From positions 192,001-256,000 of the forward strand of contig QCDI01000001.1 in the NCBI GenBank assembly GCA_003280965.1: a stretch of 64,000 nt of DNA, read 5' to 3'. The notes under the pieces are model-generated. The model saw only the letters and a program-made list of their open reading frames with translations. It was not told the DNA's origin and ran no database searches. The first letter of the stretch is position 1. Each line of letters opens with the position of its first letter. Shown here piece after piece: positions 51,824-59,904 of this stretch. The position numbers and the translations under genes are program-made. The stretch comes from Prochlorococcus sp. AG-355-B18 (GTDB lineage: Bacteria > Cyanobacteriota > Cyanobacteriia > PCC-6307 > Cyanobiaceae).

Positions 51824-52808
51824 AATCTTTTTTTATTAATATTTTCCCAATAATTTCATCTATAGGTGGTTCATTGATATAGAGGTCTTCAATTTCGAAA
51901 TTATTTAATATAGCTTTCAAGGAAGAAGTAATAGAATTATTTTTAATTTTTATTGTAATTTCATTCTTGTTTTTATTTACAACAGTAAAACCAGAATTTT
52001 CTAATTTTATTGCATCTTCTTCTGAGCGACAAACTATTAATATTTCCTTGACAGGGGATAGTTTTTTTAATAATTGATCCAGTTCTCCATCATATGAGAT
52101 TGTACCCTTATGAACACATATAACCCTCTTGCATAATGATGTTATGTCTTTCATATAATGACTAGTTAAGCATATCGTTGCATTAGTTTCCTTATTATAA
52201 TTTTGAAGAAATTTTCTTAAATTTCTTTGTGCATTAATATCTAAACCAAGAGTAGGCTCATCTAAAAATAGAATATTTGGCTCATGTATCAAAGCTGCTA
52301 GCAATTCTGACTTCATGCGCTGCCCTAGAGATAGTTTTCTAACAGGTATGAATAACTCTTCATCGATTTCAAGCATTTCAGATAATTTTTTTATCCTTTT
52401 TTTTGCTTCAAACTTATCTAAGTCATATATCGATGCATTTAAATAAAATGATTCAATTGGTGGAAGATCCCAAATAAGCTGTTGTTTTTGACCCATTATT
52501 AAAGTAATGTTCTTTAGGAAATTTTCTTTTCTTCTGAACGGTAAGTAGCCTGAAACTAAAATTGAACCTTCACTTGGATAGATTAAGCCACAAAGTATTT
52601 TTAGAATTGTTGTTTTTCCTGCTCCATTAGCACCTAGAAAGCCTACAATTTCCCCTTCTTTGATTTCAAAACTTATATTTTTAATAACCTTCAAACTTTT
52701 TGTTTTTCTTCTAAAAAAATGTTTTAGCGTTCCTTTTAACCCTGGATCTTTAGAAGAGATATCAAATGACTTAGATAAGTTTCTTACATCGATTATATTT
52801 TTTACCAT
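51813..52808 (-). CDS. ABC transporter ATP-binding protein
   Basis: GANGAGKTT, LSLGQRM, LDEPT, TSHYM. Confidence 0.93.
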   Translation of the reverse strand: MVKNIIDVRNLSKSFDISSKDPGLKGTLKHFFRRKTKSLKVIKNISFEIKEGEIVGFLGANGAGKTTILKILCGLIYPSEGSILVSGYLPFRRKENFLKNITLIMGQKQQLIWDLPPIESFYLNASIYDLDKFEAKKRIKKLSEMLEIDEELFIPVRKLSLGQRMKSELLAALIHEPNILFLDEPTLGLDINAQRNLRKFLQNYNKETNATICLTSHYMKDITSLCKRVICVHKGTISYDGELDQLLKKLSPVKEILIVCRSEEDAIKLENSGFTVVNKNKNEITIKIKNNSITSSLKAILNNFEIEDLYINEPPIDEIIGKILIKKDYDL

Positions 52809-52882
52809 TTAATTTAAAATTTTTTTAGGTTTTTTTAAACAATTTATTAAATAATTTCTATCTTAGAAAAATTTTTAGTGAT

Positions 52883-53272
52883 TTAAAAAATATCTTTAAA
52901 CGAAACAACTAGCCAGAGAAAAAAGTTAATTGGATTAAGTAACTCTCCAACCTTATTTTTATTTTCATAATTTAATCTACCCAAAATATTATTTATCAAA
53001 CTGTTGCTATATTTTGTATCGTTTGTTTTTTTTATTACATTACCATTTTCATCTAGGAGATTAATTTCATCTTCAAAAAACCAATGCTCTTTCCCATTAG
53101 ATAATTGCAAAACTACTCCAATACCTTTACCATCAGTTATTCTGAAATCACAAATTTTACCCACTGAAGAAATATTTATAGCATCAATAATTTCTTTAGT
53201 AAGTCTGTCTTTTGATAATTCTAAATTTACTTGAACCGAATTTCCTATCTTTGCCGTATCTAAAATTGACAT
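52883..53272 (-). CDS. PetP/DUF2862-like protein
   Basis: DRL..DFRITDGKGIGVV..WFFEDEI. Confidence 0.75.
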   Translation of the reverse strand: MSILDTAKIGNSVQVNLELSKDRLTKEIIDAINISSVGKICDFRITDGKGIGVVLQLSNGKEHWFFEDEINLLDENGNVIKKTNDTKYSNSLINNILGRLNYENKNKVGELLNPINFFLWLVVSFKDIF

Positions 53273-53342
53273 TTTTAGGTTATTATAAATATTGAATAGG
53301 TAATTATGTGATTAATTAAAGATAACTGATTTATTTTAAGCA

Positions 53343-53489
53343 TTAAGATTTTTTGAATATTGTTTCAAGCATCCTTTTAAGAGAAATTGTTAATATCCTC
53401 AAGAAGACGAAAAACAGTCCTAACCAACCCAGAATAACAGCTATTGATAATAAGCTTGAACCTAGATCACGCTGTAGCAAATTCTGCAT
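53343..53489 (-). CDS. 48-aa membrane peptide (not in ORF track)
   Basis: Manual translation MQNLLQRDLGSSLLSIAVILGWLGLFFVFLRILTISLKRMLETIFKKS. Confidence 0.55.
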   Translation of the reverse strand: MQNLLQRDLGSSLLSIAVILGWLGLFFVFLRILTISLKRMLETIFKKS

Positions 53490-53815
53490 GTATTCATAAA
53501 TTAATGGATGTCACTCTACCTTAAAGAGTTATTGATTCAAACAAGTAAAAGTTCAACATTCTGATATTTTTCCAGTTCCTTGTTATGTGGCTATTTAATA
53601 GTTATGTTTAATAAGCTAATATTTATTTATAACCATAAATAAAAATTTTGGAATTATCTTTGAATTCATATATTGGAATTTTCTTTATAATTATTGGTCT
53701 AATAGTGAGAGTTGATTTTAAATTTTCTATGCAAAAGGATTTGTAATAAGTTTTTTAATAAATTATATTTCATCATTTCGCTAATATCTTTGTTAATTCC
53801 TGAAAGGAGAATATT

Positions 53816-53840
53816 AAAAAAAAACAGCCTTACGGCTGCT
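53816..53840 (-). terminator. orphan terminator, probably the displaced native tRNA-fMet terminator
   Basis: Minus strand GCAGCC-GTAA-GGCTGT plus T-run, just after a CCGCCACCA copy of the tRNA 3' end. Confidence 0.75.
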
Positions 53841-53844
53841 TCTA

Positions 53845-54360
53845 AATGGTGGCGGTTCTAATGAACCTGATGGAATCTTACAAACTACAGGTATAGGTTC
53901 AGTAGCTATTGGAACAAATGGTGGAGCTATTACTTTGGACAAGGTTTTAGACCTAAAACAAACTGTAGCTGTAGATAATGCAGACGTAGCTTCCTGTGCT
54001 TTTGTTACTAATACCGCAGTAGAAAATGCTTTATCAAAACTAAAAGATGGTAACTCTGCTTATCACTTATCACCTTATGCAGGTGCAGTTGGTAGCCAAC
54101 AGATTGCTAACAGATCATTCATGGTTTCCAATAACGTGCCTTCCAACTTAACTAAGGGTTCTAGTTCTGGTGTTTGTTCAGCAATGATTTATGGAAACTT
54201 CTCTGACCTATTAGTGGGACTTTTCGGAGAAAGTGAAATACTAGTGGATCCGTACACCCTTTCACAGACAGGTGTTACATCAGTAAGAATCATTCAAGCA
54301 TTAGACGTTAAGGTGCGTCATGCTGAATCATTTGGTGCTATTCAAGACATAACAACATAA
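53845..54360 (+). pseudogene. HK97-fold major capsid protein, C-terminal half only
   Basis: Frame reads NGGGSNEPDGIL...LKDGN...VSNNVPSNL..MIYGNFSDLLVG...VDPY...VRHAESF; N-terminal half absent. Confidence 0.85.
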
Positions 54361-54366
54361 GTATTA

Positions 54367-54465
54367 GAGGGTAATGGATTTCGGTGTATAGATTGGGTCG
54401 ATCCTATACATCTGGAACATAGTTGTTTCTTTACATGGCTGTTGTAGGTCTATTGCCCTCGACCC
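54367..54465 (+). ncRNA. candidate structured RNA (three-stem junction plus pseudoknot)
   Basis: Stems 54367-81/54446-60, 54383-91/54404-12, 54419-26/54435-42 paired by hand; loop GGGTC complementary to the GACCC tail. Confidence 0.55.
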
Positions 54466-54477
54466 TATAATTATGTT

Positions 54478-54510
54478 GATTGACAGTCGATCTAAAATAA
54501 GGGGCAATTA
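54478..54510 (+). repeat. repeat A copy 1 (upstream of cargo gene 1)
   Basis: GATTGACAGTCGATCTAAAATAAGGGGCAATTA. Confidence 0.92.
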
Positions 54511-54525
54511 AATCCTTTCTTTATA

Positions 54526-54819
54526 ATGATTAAAAAAAATCTTATTACTTTTATTAGTTTAATTGTCATGAGTGGATCATTAACTAGTCCAGCTAAATCT
54601 AATTTTAGAAAATCTGGTTTTGGAGAAGGGACAGCAGCTTTCGCTTGTTTTTTACTTTGGGAAGGTTACTCAAAATATGAGGTTGAAAGTTTAATTTCTA
54701 GATTTGCTAGGCGAATTGAAAAAAGTAATTTTTCAGAAGAAGCAATGAATCAAATGGCACTTGGTTATAGAAATCAAATCAAAATTACTAATGATTGTGA
54801 TTTAAGAATGAGGTATTAG
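54526..54819 (+). CDS. cargo gene 1: small secreted two-Cys protein
   Basis: Signal peptide ending PAKS; ACFLLWEG...NDC. Confidence 0.7.
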   Translation: MIKKNLITFISLIVMSGSLTSPAKSNFRKSGFGEGTAAFACFLLWEGYSKYEVESLISRFARRIEKSNFSEEAMNQMALGYRNQIKITNDCDLRMRY

Positions 54820-54830
54820 CTCAAAGTTTA

Positions 54831-54871
54831 AACATAAGTTTAGGCCTGATGAAACGCCTAGTACTTGCACC
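54831..54871 (+). repeat. repeat B copy 1 (downstream of cargo gene 1)
   Basis: AACATAAGTTTAGGCCTGATGAAACGCCTAGTACTTGCACC; 35/41 identical to 55291-55331. Confidence 0.92.
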
Positions 54872-54885
54872 GCTATATTAAATAC

Positions 54886-54921
54886 GATTGACAGTCGTCG
54901 ATCTACAATAAGGGGCAATTA
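54886..54921 (+). repeat. repeat A copy 2 (upstream of cargo gene 2)
   Basis: GATTGACAGTCGTCGATCTACAATAAGGGGCAATTA; differs from copy 1 by a 3-nt insertion and one substitution. Confidence 0.92.
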
Positions 54922-54931
54922 GTTTCTTTTA

Positions 54932-55309
54932 ATGACACACCAGCAAAAAAGCGTTTATATACTTTTTTTTATAATTTTTTTGATAGTTTTAATCGGTTAT
55001 TTATTGCAACCTGAAAGTGAGTATAAGGAGGCGGCTACAGTTGGTTTGATAATAAGTTCTTTTTTTATAATTGGTCTTCTTTCTAGAGGTGCAAGAGAAC
55101 AATTAGAAGAAAGAGGTGGAAAATCACGAGCAGATTCTCGAAATGAAAAATTATATGCCAATCCAGATTTAAATACTCGTAAATGGAATATTCATCAATC
55201 ACGTTTAAATAAATTTGGTAGATCACAATATAAAGGAACAATGTTTTATGTTGGCCCAAAAGGTGGGGTTTATTACATTACTTACAGAGGAACAAAAGTT
55301 TATTGCTGA
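54932..55309 (+). CDS. cargo gene 2: 2-TM protein with C-terminal PBCV basic-adaptor-like motif
   Basis: Two TM helices; YVGPKGGVYYITYRGTKVY resembles the GP(R/K)GGxYY..G.KxY motif. Confidence 0.7.
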   Translation: MTHQQKSVYILFFIIFLIVLIGYLLQPESEYKEAATVGLIISSFFIIGLLSRGAREQLEERGGKSRADSRNEKLYANPDLNTRKWNIHQSRLNKFGRSQYKGTMFYVGPKGGVYYITYRGTKVYC

Positions 55310-55331
55310 TGAAACGCTTACTACTTGCACC
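55291..55331 (+). repeat. repeat B copy 2 (overlaps the stop of cargo gene 2)
   Basis: AACAAAAGTTTATTGCTGATGAAACGCTTACTACTTGCACC. Confidence 0.92.
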
Positions 55332-55442
55332 ACTTCGTGGGTCCCTTTGACCTATATCTACGTGGGACGTCTGAAAGCTCTGAAATTTTCTAGCGTCAGC
55401 AATATATGAACTTAGACAGCGTTTAAGTCGATTTAGAGTAAA

Positions 55443-55694
55443 TTACTGTGATTTAGCGAGTTCTATGTATTTTTTAAGGTCATAATCGTTAATCGGAATC
55501 CAGTTGTTAGAAGTCAGATTATTTTGAATATGTTTGGCTAAAGTTACACCTTTAATAGCACCCATAAAAAGGTATTTTTGGTCATTTATGCGTCTTATAT
55601 AAGGGTCAAGTATTCCTTTATCTCTAAGTTGATAAATACTAGCTCTGGATTTAAAACCTAGACATTTATAAGCCTCAGTAAAAGTACAAAGCAT
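55443..55694 (-). CDS. HTH excisionase/AlpA-like recombination directionality factor
   Basis: TFTEAYKCLGFKSRASIYQLRDKGIL MerR/Xis-type HTH; directly downstream of the integrase. Confidence 0.7.
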   Translation of the reverse strand: MLCTFTEAYKCLGFKSRASIYQLRDKGILDPYIRRINDQKYLFMGAIKGVTLAKHIQNNLTSNNWIPINDYDLKKYIELAKSQ

Positions 55695-55723
55695 GGTTAT
55701 ATATTTACTTAACTTTATTTTGA

Positions 55724-57079
55724 CTAATTATTTTCTGGTATGGAAGTTGCAAACATTATCTGCTTTTTCTTTTCTTCACTACTAATCCAATATTGATAGT
55801 GCTTTTTATGTGTTGCTACATCATGACCCATTGATTGTGCAGCTTCTTCTATAGATATATGAGAACATCTAGGATCAGTAGCTAGTCGTATTGCATAAGT
55901 ATGTCTTAGGTCATAAGGGGTTATTGGTTGTTTATTTGCAGAATTATCAATTAATCCTTTTTTATTAGGAATTGCAGCAAGTAATGGAGGCATTGCATTT
56001 GATAATCTTCTACCAATCCATTCCCCTAAATAATCGTTATTAATACATACCCCAAGATCGTTTAAATCATTGGGTGAAACATCTTTAGTTTTATCTATAG
56101 AACTTTTGATTATCATTGTTGCCTTACTTCTTAGACTTTTTTGCATACGTTCAAAATTCTCTAATAGATTATATTTTTTGATCCAATCAGGATATAGAGG
56201 AAAGGCATAATGTTCATTTTTACTCTTTGTTCTCCATGCACCAGGAATATATATCCACTTGTCAGCATCTTGTATATCTTTAGTTTTTTTAACTTTGCTT
56301 ATATGGAATACTTCATGGTTTCTTAGTCCATAACAAAGTTGAATAGCTAAACACCATTTTTCTAACTCGAATTGTTTATCTAATGAATCAAAATATTTTT
56401 CTGCTTCTTCTTTAGTTGGTATTCCTCTGATATTTGCAAATTCTTGGTCGGGTCTATATTTTTTTAGTTTTCTATTTTCTCTATTATGTTGTTCTCTTAA
56501 AAGTAATAAATTTGATTTAGTTATAAAATTAGGTTCATTTCCATTAATAGTTGATAGAGCTAATCTAACTTGCTCAAGAGAATCTAATCTATTTTTAAAA
56601 GGTCTTGATTCTATAGATTTTTCAAATACCCATTTTTTTATAGAGTTCCAATTTAAAGAAGTATTTGAGTTAATTAGATTATTTAAATCTGCTTTAGTAT
56701 TTTTTGCACTAGATCGTTTTTGCGTTTTATCTAAATAATTTACTGTAATTTCTTTTATATCTGACCAAGTATATAAAGGTGTTTCTTTTTCTATCTCTAA
56801 ATTTGGATTATCCAGAAATTGAAGTTGATCGAGTATAGGCATATCAATATTCCAATCATTATTCCCAACGTGTTCTATTAGTCTTGCAACTGCTAATACC
56901 TGATCTATATTTTCATATGCTTTTACTGGCTTTAATGAATATTGTTTATCAGTTTGTTTATCTCTAATACTTAAAAAAGGAGACTTTTTATACCTCCGAA
57001 CCATATATCTAGCTTCAATATCAACTAAAAAATCGATAACATCTTCCCAAGTCCTAGTTTTTCTGCGTGATCTTGTCAT
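55724..57079 (-). CDS. tyrosine recombinase/integrase
   Basis: YGLRNHE (R), TKSK (K), PYDLRHTYA (H/YxxR), MGHD..HKKHY (H, Y nucleophile); adjacent to tRNA. Confidence 0.92.
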   Translation of the reverse strand: MTRSRRKTRTWEDVIDFLVDIEARYMVRRYKKSPFLSIRDKQTDKQYSLKPVKAYENIDQVLAVARLIEHVGNNDWNIDMPILDQLQFLDNPNLEIEKETPLYTWSDIKEITVNYLDKTQKRSSAKNTKADLNNLINSNTSLNWNSIKKWVFEKSIESRPFKNRLDSLEQVRLALSTINGNEPNFITKSNLLLLREQHNRENRKLKKYRPDQEFANIRGIPTKEEAEKYFDSLDKQFELEKWCLAIQLCYGLRNHEVFHISKVKKTKDIQDADKWIYIPGAWRTKSKNEHYAFPLYPDWIKKYNLLENFERMQKSLRSKATMIIKSSIDKTKDVSPNDLNDLGVCINNDYLGEWIGRRLSNAMPPLLAAIPNKKGLIDNSANKQPITPYDLRHTYAIRLATDPRCSHISIEEAAQSMGHDVATHKKHYQYWISSEEKKKQIMFATSIPENN

Positions 57080-57200
57080 TAAAAACTCTACTTAAAGTCT
57101 ACTTGTAAAGGTCTAATTGAGTATATTTCAGTCCAATTAAATCATAGACAGACCAGTAAGTAAAGTTATAGCTGATACCTAAAAACCCTGTATTTCCAAT

Positions 57201-57223
57201 AAAAAAGCCCCCATAAGGAGGCT
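57201..57223 (-). terminator. element-supplied terminator downstream of tRNA
   Basis: Minus strand AGCCTCC-TTAT-GGGGGCT-TTTTT. Confidence 0.75.
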
Positions 57224-57230
57224 ATATCAT

Positions 57231-57307
<77 letters not shown>

Positions 57308-57352
57308 GCATATATATAGCATACATCTGAAAGGGTAGTTTTTTCTATTTCT

Positions 57353-58318
57353 TTAGGATTCTTGGAATTTTAATTGCCCTTTAACTTCGATTCTCACGCC
57401 TTCTGAAAAATTAAACACTTTTTCTTCAATGTCTTGAATTCTTAGGTCAGATATCCACTCTAATTGTTTTAATAGGTGAAGACTAACAGCATGTTTAGCT
57501 CTTTTTGAGCCGTCTTCTACTTTTAAAGCCAATCCAATCCCTTCATTTACTTTACATAGGCACTGTATTCCTTCTGCACCGCCTTTACCTATAACTTGTC
57601 CATGAGAAGCCTTAATTATTTCTGTATCAAATTTATTATTGTCACTTAACATTATTGGGTTAGTTGTCATGGCTCTACTTATTTGTTCTAATTCAGCATT
57701 GTCTGAACTACTTAAGAGTGAATATAATTTAGACATTTCTATTAGTTTTAAAAAAAGAGTTGGGGCTCCACAATCATCGCGTTCTGCATTTATTTCAGAT
57801 ATTGGGATCTCGAGTAATTCAGAAATAATTCTAAATATTTCAATTTGAAGTGGATGATCTCCCTTCAAGTAACTATCTAATGGCCAATTCATTTTTTTGC
57901 ATGTCGCTAAGAAAGCAGCATGTTTTCCTGAACAATTATGTTCTAAGGGACTTGTCATTGTTTTAGGACATTTCAGACTACTAATATCGATATCGTATTC
58001 CCATAAAATTTTGAAGGCTTCCCTTGAGTGAAGTTTTGATCCACTATGAGATCCGCAAGCTAATGCAATTGATTTTGAATCATTATTGATTTTTGATGCG
58101 GCTCCACTGCTAACAAAAGGGATTGCTTGAAAAGGTTTTAATGCTGACCTTATAAAACTTTTATATTCTGGATTTCCAGCGCACATTAAAACCCTACCTT
58201 TTTTGTCACTAATAACAGCATGAATTTTATGAATTGACTCAATATTTGTTCCTCTCATTAAGGTTGCTTGTAAAGGAGGATTATTCGATGTGTAAAGGTT
58301 TTTAAAGTTTGAACTCAT
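57353..58318 (-). CDS. L-asparaginase II (Rhizobium etli type)
   Basis: RSALKPFQ, CGSHSG, HNCSGKH, DDCGAP, KGGAEG. Confidence 0.9.
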   Translation of the reverse strand: MSSNFKNLYTSNNPPLQATLMRGTNIESIHKIHAVISDKKGRVLMCAGNPEYKSFIRSALKPFQAIPFVSSGAASKINNDSKSIALACGSHSGSKLHSREAFKILWEYDIDISSLKCPKTMTSPLEHNCSGKHAAFLATCKKMNWPLDSYLKGDHPLQIEIFRIISELLEIPISEINAERDDCGAPTLFLKLIEMSKLYSLLSSSDNAELEQISRAMTTNPIMLSDNNKFDTEIIKASHGQVIGKGGAEGIQCLCKVNEGIGLALKVEDGSKRAKHAVSLHLLKQLEWISDLRIQDIEEKVFNFSEGVRIEVKGQLKFQES

Positions 58319-58813
58319 TTAGAAATTGTTATATTGAAAAAAAAGAATTCCTGATAAAGCTAGGACCGAGATGATAGAAAAAATTTGAATTAAATTTTTT
58401 AAAATGGGTTTTACCTCAATTGAGGCAATAAGTGATTCTTTTTCTTTTAGAATTAATGGCTTTATCCACACTTGGCCGTCGTACCAACCTGATTCTTCGT
58501 ACTCTACTTTTTCAGATGTCAATCTCTTAAATACATGTTTCCAACCAAGATATAGCCTTATAGTAATTAATAGAGGTATTGATAAGCTGCTAAAAAAACT
58601 TAAAAGGATATATTTTAAGAGGGATGTTTTGAAATATACACTACCCGATGAAATAAAGAGGAATAGAACAAAAGCACCTGCCCAGAATTTAATCAATACA
58701 AGGAGTAATGATTTTTTTGTTTTTGGCCAAGAGAAAATTATGGATTTTGATAATTCAATGTATTCATTTGTGGGCTGTTGCTCTCTAGGTACAGGACATT
58801 TAGGATCGTTCAT
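58319..58813 (-). CDS. CGLD27/Ycf36 (DUF1230) protein
   Basis: CPVPREQQPTNEY, RLYLGW, YEESGWYDGQVWIKP. Confidence 0.9.
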   Translation of the reverse strand: MNDPKCPVPREQQPTNEYIELSKSIIFSWPKTKKSLLLVLIKFWAGAFVLFLFISSGSVYFKTSLLKYILLSFFSSLSIPLLITIRLYLGWKHVFKRLTSEKVEYEESGWYDGQVWIKPLILKEKESLIASIEVKPILKNLIQIFSIISVLALSGILFFQYNNF

Positions 58814-58823
58814 AAAATAATAA

Positions 58824-59168
58824 TTATGGAAATGTAAGATTATCTCCATTACTCCAGAAAGATTCAAGGTCATAAAATTTCCTTATTTCTGGTTGAAAAA
58901 TATTTACAATCAAGTCACCATAATCAAGTAAAGCCCATTTTGCCTCGTTAACTCCTTCTTTTCTTATCGGCTCAATTTTAGCCTTCTCTCTAAGCTCTCC
59001 CTCTACAGATTTAGTTATGGATCTAACCTGTACATCAGATAACCCCTCTGCAATCAGTATCCATTCACTTATAAAAGATACTTTATCAATTTTTATAAGT
59101 TTTATATCTATTGCTTTTTTTTCATCACAGGCTTTAGCTGCCATTAATACTAAACTTTTATTGTCCAT
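58824..59168 (-). CDS. rsfS: ribosome silencing factor (Iojap)
   Basis: DEKKAIDI, WALLDYGDLIVNIF, RKFYDLESFW. Confidence 0.93.
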   Translation of the reverse strand: MDNKSLVLMAAKACDEKKAIDIKLIKIDKVSFISEWILIAEGLSDVQVRSITKSVEGELREKAKIEPIRKEGVNEAKWALLDYGDLIVNIFQPEIRKFYDLESFWSNGDNLTFP

Positions 59169-59796
59169 AGACATTTTCGCTTGAAACAGATTTTTCTGAA
59201 CCTTCTTGCTGAGACAACTCTGATCTAGCTTTTTCTGCACTTTTTCTTAAAGCCTCTAATCTATCTTCGAAGAAACTTCTTTTTTTCTTTTTTCGCGTTT
59301 TCTCGATTAACTCCTTTAATGCCCCTCCAAGACTCTTATAAGCATTCGGAATACTATATCCAAATCTACAAGCAAGATCAATTGCTCTTTCATCTGCAAA
59401 AATAGCATCTTGAAGTTTTTTCTCAGAGTTATTTTTTATATATAATCTATACCCAGCAAAACTTGATAAACCAAGAGCAAGTAATAAAAGTAGTCCATCT
59501 TGTACCCACAATTCTCCTATTGCTCCTCCTAGCCCTATGGCAAGAGCAGCCATTTCCCATCCATCTCTGGGAATTGTGTCATTTTGAATTTTTCCAACTT
59601 CATGCCAAAACAATAAATTTCTGTGGTCGATTGCTAAGTTATCCCATTCTTCTAAATCAATTTGAATTTCTACTTCATCACGACCAATTTCCTCAAGTGT
59701 TATTAAAGGTGGATCTATAGCAGCAGCAGCTTCAACAAATACCCAACTCTCATTCTCAGGAGGCAACAAACTTTTAAGTCGCTGAAGTTCGCTCAT
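59158..59796 (-). CDS. DUF3318 cyanobacterial membrane protein
   Basis: RNLLFWHEVGKIQ, ELWVQDG, ADERA. Confidence 0.8.
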   Translation of the reverse strand: MSELQRLKSLLPPENESWVFVEAAAAIDPPLITLEEIGRDEVEIQIDLEEWDNLAIDHRNLLFWHEVGKIQNDTIPRDGWEMAALAIGLGGAIGELWVQDGLLLLLALGLSSFAGYRLYIKNNSEKKLQDAIFADERAIDLACRFGYSIPNAYKSLGGALKELIEKTRKKKKRSFFEDRLEALRKSAEKARSELSQQEGSEKSVSSENVYGQ

Positions 59797-59904
59797 AAAA
59801 AATTAATTTCTTTCAATACTATAGAAACAAATGTTGCTTTTCAAGTAACTTGATTAACATCTGATGATTTATCAGTAGCATAAAATAAATGAAGGTTTTT
59901 AATT

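Noticed and set aside
54826..54845. GTTTAAAC..GTTTAGGC as an integron attC site
   Set aside because: Hairpin far too short, not preserved in copy B2, and the integrase shows no recognisable IntI features.
54846..54871. CTGATGA..GAAAC as a hammerhead ribozyme core
   Set aside because: CTGATGA and GAAA overlap with no room for stem II, and flanking stems are absent.
54831..55331. Repeats A/B as a CRISPR array
   Set aside because: Only two copies of each, separated by whole genes of 300-400 bp; no cas genes.
55215..55409. 64-aa ORF overlapping cargo gene 2 and repeat B
   Set aside because: Alternative-frame overlap with a TTG start and no RBS; no support.
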